A stretch of 64,000 nucleotides of DNA from Adineta vaga (lineage: Eukaryota > Animalia > Rotifera), in contig CP075496.1 of assembly GCA_021613535.1 (NCBI GenBank), positions 6,572,001 through 6,636,000 of the forward strand, in the 5' to 3' direction. Below the pieces are notes generated by a model, which saw nothing but the letters and a program-made list of their open reading frames with translations, ran no database searches and was not told where the DNA came from. Of this stretch, positions 26,015 through 43,296 are shown in pieces. A program made the position numbers and the translations under genes. Each line of letters opens with the position of its first letter. Within the stretch, counting starts at the first letter, position 1.

Positions 26015-27570
26015 TTAATCGACATTTCCAAAATCATGCCGATATTTTTCAACATTCATTATCCATTTTCGTATCACTTGTTCTTTTTCCGGTGACATTA
26101 AAGCATTTTCTTCGATATATTTCTTCACATTTGTATATGCATATGATATATTTGGATTTCGAGATTCATAAGATTGAGCAGATGGATGTCTTACACCTGA
26201 TGTATACGTTACTACTGATGGTGGTGGTGGCGGTGCTGCTACCGCTGTCACTGTTGTTACAGATTGATCACCAGATGCACGACGATATTTTGTTGTGGGT
26301 GTTATTTGTTCTTTTGATGTTCTACGACCTAGACCGAAATTTGTATAATCTGTTCGTTCATGCACTGGTTCATTACTATGAATATTTTGTGTTGAATTAT
26401 AATGTACTTGTTGAGATGAATTATTAGCTGGAACATTAAATGATCTAGACTTATTTGATGAGAAAGGTTTTCTATTTGTTGATAAATCATATGTGGATTC
26501 ATGTAAACGTTGTGTGTTTGATATTGGATTTATTGGAGGAGTGTTTCCACCTAATGGCATATTTGTATGAATATCTTTTTCATTCACATCACAGAATGAT
26601 GTTTTTGAACTAACATAGTTTCTTTGTTTTGATGACATTTGTCGTGTTCGTAAACCGTTATTAAACACTTGGGAACGATCAGTTTCTTTTCGCATGGATA
26701 CACTATAATCAACAATTCCAGGAGCTTTATCTAAGAAACTATTTGTATGTCGACGTCTCATTGCATGATAAGATTTTGGTGTAGAAGACAAGAGTAAATC
26801 TGCATGAGTTGGGACATCACGTGTATGATGTAATTGAGGGGATATTGGAACTTGAGCCATGGATTTTCCAGTTAAACCAACAACAGCATTTTCATGTACT
26901 ATTCCATTACTTAAACGTTGTGATAATGCAACTAATTTATTTTTTATCGGACTATTAGATCGCAAATGTGTATTGGGTGCATTTAGATTATTTTGATGTT
27001 CATTCCAGACGCAATCACTTGAGCGATAAATACCTAAAACAGAATTACGATAAAAATAACTACATTATGAATCAATAAACATCGTTTTCTTTTCAACAAT
27101 GTTATTTTTCTATGTCGGATTCATTGAGAACATACTATTTTATTTTTATACATATTATAAAATAAACATCTAAAGCGTAGATAAGTTTGTTTTAAAAACA
27201 AAGTAATCTCATTGCTGTCAGGAATGTAACGTATATTTGTAGCTTTCGTACCTTTATTCAATTCATTTTGAGCAGGAGAACCCGTATGAAGAATTGATGG
27301 TGAACGAATTAGAGATGAAACAGAAGCGAATGGTGATGAAACTGTAGGTACAACAGCTTGTGATGTTGACATAAATTTATTTCCTGTCGATGGTACTAAA
27401 CGATTACTTCTCATTAGATTTCGACGTTGCGGATCTACAGGTTGTTGTCCACGAAGATGTTGTTGTTTTGTAACTATGGAATTTTCTACCGTTTCACCAG
27501 GACCATCAGTACGTAAATCATCCAATGAAGATCTTGCATGAGTATTAATCGGTGGTAAAGTATTGCTCAT
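26015..27570 (-). CDS. Uncharacterised Ser/Thr/Asn-rich disordered protein with a short helical C-terminal motif
   Basis: Two long ORFs joined by a phase-1 intron (donor G|gtacga about 27252, acceptor ttttag about 27033). Ends YAYTNVKKYIEENALMSPEKEQVIRKWIMNVEKY. Confidence 0.7.
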
Positions 27571-29442
27571 GGAAGTCAATTTACTAGAAAAGAGAAAAGC
27601 AACGAATTTATCAATAAATGTAGAGTTTTACTAATATTAATAAACGCTGATAGAAAGCAATGTGACAATTTCTTCCTTTCGGTCATTTTTTTCATCTTTT
27701 CTTTCTATTATGGTTTGAATAAGAAGCCTTTTGAATTTTGTTGCACATAGATATGTATATTGATTTAATCAATATTTCTCCAGCAGAAAAGTTCGTTTGG
27801 AATTAAATTCGATCTCGCTATGTACTTACAGCATAATGATCTTTGTAATAGTAATAGTAATAATAGAACGTAATAAATCACTAGTAGATATATAATGAGG
27901 GAAATATAAACATGCAATAGTTCTCCTTTGTTGTAAGAGTATTGATGACAAAATGAAATTGAAAGAAACAGAGAGAGAGAGAGTAAGAAACAGAAAGAAA
28001 ACAACAAGACGAAATCAAACGAAAATTTTAAACAATACTTATTGAAAAGTATAGTGTCATTTCTAGTGTCTTTTATTCTTTTTTCATTATTCAATAATAG
28101 AGAAGGAGAAAAAAAAGAATTCAACGACGATAAGAAAAGAATAACGACGCGACGTCGTGTTCTTCTCCTCTTTCATTCTTTTATTTTTATTTTTTCAAAT
28201 AATCAAAACGACTCTCGCTCGCTCAAATGCGCGCTGACTATTAAATTGTTATTCATTCGCTATTTCTCCTTACAAAAAAAAAAAAGAATTCTTTACCCTT
28301 TTTCATTTAGATAGTATGTGTCCTATACATCTCTCTACAAAAGAAACACATACTTATTTTTTACCTGAATTAATTAAATTCAATCTACTAAACTAAAAAG
28401 AAGAACATTTCTTCTCATCAATACTAAAAGAACAAAACTAATCTGTCATTTTTATGATTCTCAAATAGAAATTCAACTGTGTTTTTTATCTCCAAACAAA
28501 TACATACCGAATAATGATACTAAAACTCATCGAAATAGTTTGATGTCCAAGAGACAAAGACAACACAAGAATGTTGATGCTCGTATGTAGATAGAAGAAT
28601 TATATGTTGAACTGTTTCGTGTCGGTCGTCGTCTATTTCTTCTTCTTACAACAGTCAACAATACCATATGTAATAGAAAACAAATGATTGCAATTATGTT
28701 GTCGAGCAAAGATTTAGATGAGTTTTTTTCTTTCTCTTTTTTTTTCTTGAAAACATAATATCATCATCTGTGTTGTGATATGTTTCACTGATTTCAATAT
28801 TTTAGATTGGATAGAAAATAGAAAACCTATTGCGTTAACAAAACTAAGTACGTATGGAATAAATTTGAGAGAAGAGATATAAAAAAAAAGTATTTTGATG
28901 CTGAAAGAAGGAAACCTCGATTTTTTGATTGTCAATGTGAGAAATTAAAGAAATTAAAATTCTTTTCTATCAGTTTGTTGCCAAGAGAACAATTCATTTT
29001 GTTATATTGCAACATGTTCCAATTCAATAAAGAAACATTTTCAGTGCAAAAAGAGAAAAAAACAAGATTTTTCATATTCATTGTTTTTTTAGTTCCACAA
29101 CAACTGAAGAAATTATGATCGAAAGGTGTGTTCTATCCGATCGACAGGGCAATGAAGTGCAATTGTTCTTAGATATTTTCTATTAATAAAAAAACATTTT
29201 CTTTTGTCAGATGTAAAATATCGTATTCTACGAGAAAATGTTTCATATACATTCGATATTTTTTGTTGTTGAGAAAATCATAACGTCATAACGAATGTGA
29301 ATCAAACGTTGAATATAATTTTATTGAAAAAGAAAAATGCAATCTTTATGTTCGAGTTTAAATATACAAGTTCAGATAGTATATGAAAAAGAAAAAGTTT
29401 TAAAATAGTCTTTCTTTTTTTTATTGAAAAGAAAAAAACAGT

Positions 29443-30904
29443 TTAGATGTCTCGATTAAAACAATCCGATAGATGTTGAAGATAACCTATTTCATCATTG
29501 TTTGGCCATTTTCGAGTACATTCTGGACATTCATATTCTTTTGGTTCTTCAACTTTCGACGTCGATGGAAATAAACAACTCTCTATATGATCATACATTT
29601 GTACATCATCGATTGTTGGTGGAAATTTATGATCACAAACTGGGCACGCTTTTGTTTCTTTCTCATTATCCGGTGTTATTGGCATATCAACTGTTTGCTG
29701 TGGTTCTTCAATATGAATTTGTGTATCATGTGGTTCTTCAATTGGGTTAAGTGATGTCAATGTTAAATTTGCCAATGATTGACTTGGTGATGCACCTGGT
29801 GAATGATTTTCCAATATTGTTTCTCGTAATGTAGTAGTAGTAGTAGTAGTGGGAACAGGTTGTTGTGGTGTATGTTGGCCAGTAATATCATGAATTTTTT
29901 TCAAGAGTGTACTAATAAATGTGTTATCCGAAGGTGGTGGTGTTTGATTATCAATAGTTGATGCTTGCGAATTGTTCTCTGGAATATCTGGTAGATTGAG
30001 ACTGTTGGAAGCTGTTGCTAGAAGAGAAATATTTATAAAATGAGAATTCTCTCGAGAATAATTTAATTACCTGATTCAGATATTAAAGTGACAATTTCAT
30101 TGATTTGATTTTTTTGTGTTTGAACAAGTTGATGAAGTTTTTTTGCATCATCTTCAATTTCAGTCCATTGATTATAATCATGAATTGAATCTAGAACACA
30201 ATTATTCACAAATATAAAACTCTTTTGTTTTTCGTTGATATTATTCTCACGTCGTTGTTGTTGTTGCATACTGGGCATTATTGATAAACTTCGAGGATTA
30301 TCATGATAGTTAGATAATTCATCTTTTGTTGAACATAACATTTTATTCAATTGACAAATATCTGTTCGTAATTGTTGAATTTTTTCTTCATTTTCAATAT
30401 GTCGTTTATCATGTAAAGATGCAATTTGTCTCATAGTTTGATCTAATTCAATCATTTTCTTTTGATCATTTGGATATGCTGGTCGAATAATATCCATTAA
30501 ACGTATTATTAATTGTTGACTACATTCCAATTGACTTTTATTTTCTTGTTTAAGATCACGAATATAATGATTTAAAACTTGTTCGAGTTGTTTCGCATTT
30601 TCTTGAGGATTATGATCGACGAAGATAAAATCATGTGCATTGTTATTGTTATTATTTGAAGATGTAACAATCGATTGGGAATTTGTTATTTGTCTATTTT
30701 CAGATGAATGATTAGCTTGTCTTAAACGTGCTATAATAGGTACGTACGTATTATCTACATATTCATGATGATCTCCATCTGTAATCGATGAATTAATAAT
30801 AGTTATATCAGAATCATCCTAAATGAAAAATATAAAAATTATTTGATTAATTTCATTTTGTAATTTACCTGATGTGAACTAACTAATAAATTATATTCCG
30901 TCAT
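29443..30904 (-). CDS. Coiled-coil protein with two C-terminal UBZ1-type zinc fingers (TAX1BP1/NDP52/NAP1-SINTBAD/Spn-F-like adaptor)
   Basis: Four exons. N-terminus MTEYNLLVSSHQ|DDSDITIIN, then HDFIFV, coiled coil, and C-terminal CPVC-x13-H-x3-C and CPEC-x13-H-x3-C. Confidence 0.75.
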
Positions 30905-31545
30905 ATTAATTTTTGTCTTAAATATAATCTACAAGGTTGATATTCACATGAGAAGAAAAAAGAAGAGGCAAAAATCGCTTGTTTTGTTTTTTATATACTC
31001 TGAATAAATGATGATGTATGCATGTATGACTCATTGTTTTTTTCTGACTGGGTAAGAACGATATTATTCATTTTCTCGAACACGAAGGAAATAACCAGAT
31101 ATATTTTTTTTTCTTCTTCCGTTCTCTTCTCACTAAGGACGAAGATAAACATTTTATCTCTACATAGAAATACAAAATCAACATCGAATTGAACGAATAA
31201 ATATTTCATCATCTGACAATCATTAAACTAGTATCGAATAACGTAATAGAAAACTTATCTTTCTAAATACATATCTAACATATTTTACATGAAGAGAAAA
31301 GAGAATTTAAGTCGTATATCTTTTCTTCTTCTTTACAACTTCATTTTTGTTTGTTTGTTAACAGACATGGAGAAGAAGAAAAAAAAACGAAGAAAAGATA
31401 AGTTGTATAAAATGATAAAACAAAAAGAAGATACGACGGAGGTCAAGACAAAGAAAAGTACGAGATAGACTTTTAGTCGGAATAATAAAAAAAAAGATAG
31501 GTACTATATATATACATATATAATAAGCGTTTACTAACAACCAAA

Positions 31546-32432
31546 ATGGATGATTTTGATTTACTCAATCAACCTGTACAGGTAGAAACAGTAGCTGATG
31601 ATCAAGAAGATGATTTATTCGGATCTGGAACAGTGAATAATTCAACAGAACCTACGAATACATCGACTAATAATCAACAAGACGATTTTTCTTGGCAGAT
31701 TGAAAACGTAGGCGATGTAAAAAAGTAACTTTCGGTGTACAAAATAACATTTTTCTCGAATAGAATGTAACTGATACGAAAACGTCACAATCCAATGCAC
31801 TTAATGACGATACCTTGAATCAGTCGACGTCTACATCAGAAACAACATCATTTAATGATGATGTATTTGCCAATCAAGCGAATACTAATCAATTAGATTC
31901 TTATTCACCAGCAACAGATGATAGTTTTTCTAATGAACAAACAACACAACAATCAGGTTTGTATCATTTTGAAGAGAGGATAGTTTTTTTATATAATTAA
32001 AAAATTTCAATAGGACAAAATACAAATCAATCAAATTATACGGGAATATCATTTACTGAAACATCTTCTCCTTTACACGAATATAATACTCGTCGTCAAC
32101 AAGAAATTGCTGAAAAAGACGTAGAAGAAAAACGAAAAAATGATGAATTACGAAAACAAGCTCAAGCAGATTTAGATCGTTGGTATCAAGAGCGTAAAAC
32201 ACATATGGAACAAAAACGACAAGCAATGAAAAATGAAGAAGAAGTTTTTCGTACGAAAGCACTTGAAAAAAGTGATAATAAATCTTGTGATTGGTCGAAA
32301 GTTGTACGTTTACTTGACTTCTCGCAAGGTTCACAATTAACAAAAGGTAAACGAGATTTAAATCAAATGAAAAGTACTCTCTTACAAGCAACTCGTCAGA
32401 AAATAAAACGTGCATCTGAGAATGGTATTTAA
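31546..32432 (+). CDS. CLC: Clathrin light chain
   Basis: Three exons. Acidic N-terminus, then SPLHEYNTRRQQEIAEKDVEEKRKNDELRKQAQADLDRWYQER, and DWSKVVRLLDF...KRDLNQMKSTLL. Confidence 0.9.
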
Positions 32433-32616
32433 AAAGATTGTTAATATCTTTTTTTTCTTTGATTTTATTATAAACAGAAACGATTGAAATTAAAATTAGT
32501 GGTGTTTGCGTGGTTTTTTTTTCTTCATTTATTGTTTACGATTGGATAAAAATTTTTGTGGTGTTAGTTCGATGTAATTGAATAAATGATTGAATTTCTT
32601 GACGAAAATGTTTTTT

Positions 32617-36102
<3,486 letters not shown>

Positions 36103-38097
36103 AGATAAATTACAATACAAAAAAAGATTATCTAGAAATAATAATATTCATATCTAAAATAAATTTTAATTTAATTAATAATATTTATTAATATTAATAA
36201 TATTGAATATTGCGCTAACAGGATTCTCTCGTGATTGTATAATCCTTACGATGACTAATTATATCATTCAGACTATTGAGATATACGAAAATCATGATCG
36301 AAAGTAAACGACGTGACATTTTTTTATTAGTATGATAGAACAAAAATAATCGGAAATGAATGAATATGGAGAAAAAAACAGAGTGATTGGCCTTGTATTC
36401 ATTTACATAAATACACACTTGTCAAAGGTAGATGTCCTCCTTTTATTGTCGAATAAAACGAAAAAAAAGCGATTTATAAATACGTATATGATCATTTTTT
36501 ATAGTTTATGCTTTTAACTAAAAAGTACAATGCTTGTTCTTAATACCTATTGATTCACAATAGAAATTACATATTATCCAAATAAAAAATCGACTGGAAA
36601 TACGATTGATAAAAATCCATGTACATTTATTTGAATATTTGAAAGTTCATATGATGTACTTGACAAATAATAGAACAATTCTTTATTTCTAACACGTATA
36701 ATGACATATTCTGCATTCTATACTAAACAGAAATGAAATGACTTTCTCATTTTCTTTGGACATTTCTCTAAGATCTGCTGTAAAAGACGATGCGAAGAAA
36801 CAATTGATTCTTTTATTGAACACATAATAGATTTGATAAATTTGTATGCATCAAATACTCCATAGTATTTCCTTTCTGCTTTCATAATGACATTAGATTA
36901 GTTGACTTTCTCTACTATGACCTCTAAAACAAAATTTCATGAATTTATGATTTCATACAGGAAAGGTTTGAACATTCAAAAAGCAAAGAACGTAGCGTAA
37001 TCATAATGAACATACTTAAGCTGTTCTAAATGCATAGAAAAGCATCTCGATGCACTTTGAAACATATTTCTTCTCGAGACATAAATCGAATGATTTTACA
37101 AATATGTTCATTAATCAAATCATTGAGAATATTCTTGAATAATTCGCTTGTATTCATATTCACTACTTTTCTTGTCTCGTGATACATATGATATAAGTAT
37201 AATTGAGAATTAAACACATATTATATTGAACTCATTCTTTCTTTAATAAGGATTTCTTGGAATAATAAGGTAAATATAATTTACCCTAAAAGAGTTCTTT
37301 TCTTTGTTGAAATTCAAACTGTATAAATATCCCTATGGACAAGGCTAAAAGTGAAATCGTAATGATACATGTATGTTCTGTTTAGATGGAAATTGGCCTC
37401 GAAGTTGTTTGTACTTATTTCCATGCCAGGAAAAAAACCGAAGAATCGAATCAAGTACATGCTTCAGTAAGTATAACTCACATTCCAGATACAGATTGAT
37501 TATATAATATAAAATCAAGAAGAGATAGATTATTTTGAGGACGACACCTATTATATATAGATATATAGATAGATGTCTATCATGAACATTAATCATCTGG
37601 TAGATTAAGACTAAAGAGTACAAAAGTATTGATGTATATTCTTTCGTACATTTTTTCAAGCTCCTTATTTGATCACTTAGTCACCATTGAGATCTGCAGG
37701 AAAGGAAAAAAATGACAAAAAGAGAGAAAGCAAAAAAAATCGAGAGATCTTCGTCTCGCTTTTCATTGAACAAAATTATTCAGATGCGTTGTGGGTAATT
37801 TTGTACTACGGAAGAAAGGAAAAAGAAGAAGACGAAATTTCATCCTATTTTTTCTCTTTCCATCTCTATTTTCTCTTCTCTTTTTTCCTCTACTGTTGTT
37901 GTTCTTGTTGTTCTTTCTATATTCTTTTCCACCCATCGAACTTCTAGTCGTTTGGCTTACGAAGCAATCGGAAAACGGAGTTGCATCGTGTAAAACGAAC
38001 GGTGAAACTCCATTTTTGTTGATCTTTTAAAGAGAACAAGAAAAAATTTACAATTGAAGAAGCAAATCTACTTCAATCGTTTATTTTATTCAACTGA

Positions 38098-41000
38098 ATG
38101 TCGAAGTCATTATTGTTCTCAGAACAAGACGATTTATCTTCGAATTCCATTCTATATTCATCAACAGAACATATCAACAACGACAACGACGACGACGACG
38201 ACGAAGAAAAACATCAACAAACAGAATCAGTCAATACATGGCCTACATTGGCTCTGACTGAAAATAGCGTATGTTATTATTCTGATTAATTCTTTTCTTT
38301 CTTTACGTATTTGTTCGAAAACAAAATTGATAATGTTTTCTTCCTATTTTAGTCATTATTAACGACTCTTAGACGTCTTGCTATTTCTTGGTATCGAATT
38401 TTATATAATAAATTTCGCCTTGTATTTACACTTCTATTCATGTCTATGCTCAATATTACCGCTCGAATTGCGTGCTTTACACGACGACAAACTCATACAT
38501 CGCCACCTTCATCATCAACTGCACTAAGTTCGTTAACAATCTCCGCATCAACTGAAAGACTTGAAGTAAGTTAAAAAGGAAATCACATTTTTATCAGATC
38601 AACACTGATTTAAATACATTTCAATGATCTTCTAATATCGATAAAATGTTCGTTTTCATTCATATCAATGTAAATCCTAAGAAAAACAATCAATATGTGA
38701 GAAAAACAACGATATTATTTGTTAGACTTAAGTAATACACAAGAATGACCTTTCCTGCAGATGTGAGATGTGATGGAGAGTATTTTGTACTTAGAGGGTT
38801 CTTTTTTTCTTTTCTATCACTGCTTTTCATCATATCTGATTTGATACGTATATCGATGCATTTATTTTAACCTATGCACGCCTTTTATAATCGATTATCA
38901 TTATCACCTTTCTTTATATGAACATTAACGATAAGCAATCTGATCGTGGGTTTTTATTTCGTTTGCTTTTTCTCGTTAATTAACGATGCACAAGCATCAT
39001 TTTACGAAATCAAACTGATAGTTAAAATAGGCAATCGTTTTTATTGACATAAAACTTGAATGTATAATCAATTCATGACTTAAATTTACATTGACTGATG
39101 TATAGTTAATCAGAAAAAGTATTTTCGACAATATTCGTGTTTGATTATTAGTCAATAGAAAAAATAAAGAATAAAGTATTTGTTTAGTTTGCTTAAAATA
39201 AGACAAAAATGAACTTTGAAATTGTGGTACAAAGAACAATTGATTCAAATCGCATGTTCTGTTTGATTTTTTTATTAACTGACAAAACAAATTTTACATC
39301 AAAAGTAAAAGCAAAACGAGAACAACATCTGTTCGAACGTTTATTATTATTTCTTAATCCATAAAAGCCACTTCACTTAAAATAACCACTTGTTAATAGT
39401 TATTTTCTTGATGGTTCTTCCTTCCAATGCATTCGTGATAAAACAAAACTCAAATCTTTACATACGATTACGTGCATTCATGAGTTTATTTTTCTAGTTC
39501 TTCTGTTAGTTCGCTGTGACCCGATGTGCATGTTATCTTTTTTCCTTATTTTCAATGAGAAACTATAATAAAAACAGATTTATAAAGACAAAATCGAACC
39601 ATATTCTCAATGCGTGAAATATAATAATAACACCTTGAACTTTAAGGACTGAAAGTGTCACCTTCTCATATTCTAGTTGCTTAATTTTTTTCTGACTCAC
39701 AGATTGCTGATAAAATCGTACGACAAAATAAGGCGTCATGCCTTTCCCCATACTGCTAATGCATGATCCATCGTATCAAAACTACTCGACGAACTGCGTT
39801 GTCATATGTTTCTTTTCCTTTTCTTTCTTTGTTCTAATAATAAAGAATAGGCAGCTGTTTCAGTCTTATGTGTGCAGATATGCAATAGGGTTTTTTCTTC
39901 GTTTTCTTGAAATATATCCTACCATTGATATATGATTATCATCTGGAGCAAAGATAATTTTTTTTCTTGTGTATGTTATTTTTGTCGCTATTATTTTTAT
40001 TTTGTCTTGTTATTGAAAATGATCAAAGTCGACTAGTAATAAACAACAACAGCAACGACAACAATTTTTTTTCTCGTTTTCTCGCTGTTTTTTTTCTGTC
40101 TCACTTTTATCCTCTCACCTTACTGGATGCAGTTGTCGACGAGAAGAAAATAAGTAGAAATAAGGTTTTACTGCTCTCTCTCTCTCTCTTCTCTATGATG
40201 ACGAGCAGTGCTTTAAAATAGTAAATAAACAAAACAAAAAGATGATAGCTGAAAGCTTTCTCTCTCTCTCTTCATGTTGCGACCACTTTCTCTCTCTCTC
40301 TCTGTTTCTCTGTATATACATATATATATATATATATATATTTAAATATATATTCCCGATCATTATTGCTTTGCTTTCGTGTACAGACATACACACCTGC
40401 CGAGCACACGCTTTCACAGCGTGAATGGATATTTAGAGTCTATGCACATCATCATCAAAACGACACTTTATTTAGTTGATTTTGATTACTATTCTTTTGG
40501 GTAAATAGATGAAGGCAAGAGAAGGTATTTTACATATCTAGTATGCATGATATAGTTATTTGTAGATGTTGCAGAACAGGAAAAGAAACAGGTCACACTG
40601 CCACTGTTGTCGAGTTCTGCTTTGCATGGAATTTATTCTCCATTCTGTCTGTCTCCTTGAATAGATAATAGCATCAACCACCTATTCTGTAACATTTAAC
40701 TGCTGATAAATATAGATCATGCGCGTAGCATGCGTTCGCGTCATGTTACAATAACATGAACAACTGTATGAGAAGAAGGGAATGATTATTAGATGCATCC
40801 ACCAGATGAACTATTGACCGTTAGAAAGTCATATATACTTTTACATGTATATTGTCTTTTATATCCAACCATCTTCTTTGAAATGAAAAAAAAGCAGAAG
40901 CTTTGATAAAGATCTTCCCATCAGTGATGCATGCATTGATCACGCGTTGCCCATCTCATACGTTTCTTTCTTTCTTTTTTGCTTCCTCGATTTCTCCATA

Positions 41001-43080
41001 AGAATATAAGTTATATATGCGTACATATATATAAATACGATTCTTTCTTTTCATATGTGTACTAGGTCGAATAAGTTCGTAAGAAAGCACATTACTAATT
41101 AGAAATCTCATCATAATCATTTTTCTCTTTTCAGGAAGATTTTGCAGATTTATCAAAATCTCTTTTACTTTCTGATAAAATACATAAACAATCAGTAAAT
41201 TTGCCATCATTACAAAAATCAACGATGGCACATATACTTGTTCAACAACAACAAACGCATCGCTCACCAAATGTAACTATTCATTCGTCGATTACAACAC
41301 AAAAAGAACCATCAATACCAATGAGACATTCGGTAGATGACAGATTGTTTTTACATGATTCAACTGAATTAATCAATTTAATTACTCGATTCGCTTCCGA
41401 ACCACACATGTCCAAATATAATACACAATCAACACATTCAAATGGATATATTAGTAAATCTCCTGTAGTTTTTGCTTTAACATCACCTCCTTCAAATACA
41501 TGTGTTCAAGTCATTGAAGCTGAAAATGATGATTTTGATTTAAATGAACTTCTTTACTTAAACTGTGATAAAATTCAACCGGTGTCTATTTCTTCAACAA
41601 AAGATTTCACTAATGATGAAGCAGACGATATAACATCGATGACGAAGACGACGATTATTGATTCTTTATCAGAACAAGTAACAGCAATAAATAATGAAAT
41701 TAAAAATGTGAAATCAGAAGATATTCTAATCGATACAAGTCCATCTGTTACTGATCAGGACACACCTACTGAACGACATTTTCATAGACGAAGAAGACGT
41801 TCATCACTAACAAGAAATTCCATATCACTCGATGAAAACTTACCAGCAGTTGATGCATTAAAAAAACTTGATCTAAATCGAGATTCATCGAACGAAAATG
41901 AAATAAAATTAGAAAATAATCAAACTGATGAGAAAGAAAAATCAGATGTTATGCAAATGAAAGCTTCTGACAATGAAGAGCCAAATCAAACCGTTGTTGA
42001 AAATGAACCATCAGGCTCAGTCAGTCGTTATCGAGGACGAAGTAAGTATTGAATTACATGAAAATGATGCGTTAAATAATCTATTTATTTCATCTAGGGC
42101 TTAGACATCGATTTTACCGACAATCAGCTAATGCAACATCACCATCGGACGTTTCTTTAAATGCTTCACCCAATTTTTATTTATCAAATGAAGCATCTAA
42201 TGTTGAAACACTGAGAACTTATTCATCACCGCCATCATCACCTGTCACTCTATCACCACTTCCATCACCAATATCTCCAACTCTAACGATTCTTTCACAT
42301 CCAATCACACCAAATAAATCAACCGGTGCTTTAAAACGTATCAATTCAGTAGGAGGATCGAAGAAGAATGTACGTTTCGCTGATTCCATTGGTCGTCAAT
42401 TAACTGAAGTGCAATACATTAAATCACCAAACTATGATGAATCAAACGATTTCTCATTGCTATTAGGTTCATCATTATTATCATCATCACCGCCTTCATT
42501 TTCGAAAAATAATATTTATGTACCGAAAAGTTCTCATTTTGATCATAAGCCATGGTCATTCGATGTCGATCTAACATTATCTAAACCAAAGAAAGGAATA
42601 TCCTTACCGAAACGATTCTTCTGTTTATACCGTCAACCGAATTCAGAACATCCCGATATCTATTTACATGAAGTATGGAAATCTCAAATCAAATTAGAAC
42701 ATGCTGATATTCCTTGGAAACATTCTTCATCCGGTGAACAAAAACTTGTCGGAACATTATGGGTGACGAATGCGAGTTATTGGAAAAATGTTTCGATTAA
42801 ATATACATTTAATCGTTGGCTAAATACATATGAACGTGAAGCTCAACATCGATCTTCTTCAAATGATTATCGTAATATCGATCAATTTGAATTTAGTATT
42901 GATATTCCTGAAGATGTTGATCGAATTGATTTTGTTTTACGTTATTGTGTCAATGGTCAAGAACATTGGGATAATAATGAAGGAAAAAATTATACATTAC
43001 AAACGGAATCCGCTTATACACCTTCAACAACAATATCATTGCCACATGATTGTGATTTTAATGAAATGAGATTTTATTAA
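38098..43080 (+). CDS. Protein phosphatase 1 glycogen-targeting subunit (PPP1R3-like, CBM21)
   Basis: Exons about 38098-38268, 38353-38565, 41135-about 42041 and about 42098-43080; the 41135 acceptor is in frame with ORF 41201. PP1-binding KKNVRFADSIG; CBM21 GTLWVTNASYWKNVSIKYTFNRW...FVLRYCVNGQEHWDNNEGKNY. Confidence 0.85.
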
Positions 43081-43269
43081 AGTAACAGGAAAATATAGAA
43101 AGAAAGGAGGAGAAACATTTTTTTTCAGAAAAAGAAGACGAATGAACAAAGTACTTTTTTTAATGTATAGTGTATGCAAAAACAGACAGAGTGTATTTGT
43201 ATGTGTATGTATGTGTTCGGCGATAGAGATCGTCTTTCATTTTCTTTTTCTTATGTATATCTTCGTCGT

Positions 43270-43296
43270 CTTCTTCTTCTTCTTCTTCTTCTTCTT
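43270..43296. repeat. (CTT)n microsatellite in the 3' region of the PPP1R3-like gene
   Basis: Directly visible trinucleotide run. Confidence 0.9.

Noticed and set aside
30191-30250. Stop-free 60-nt intron read through in ORF 30063-30530
   Set aside because: Strong gtgaga...ttctag sites indicate an ordinary intron; stop-free 3n introns arise by chance.
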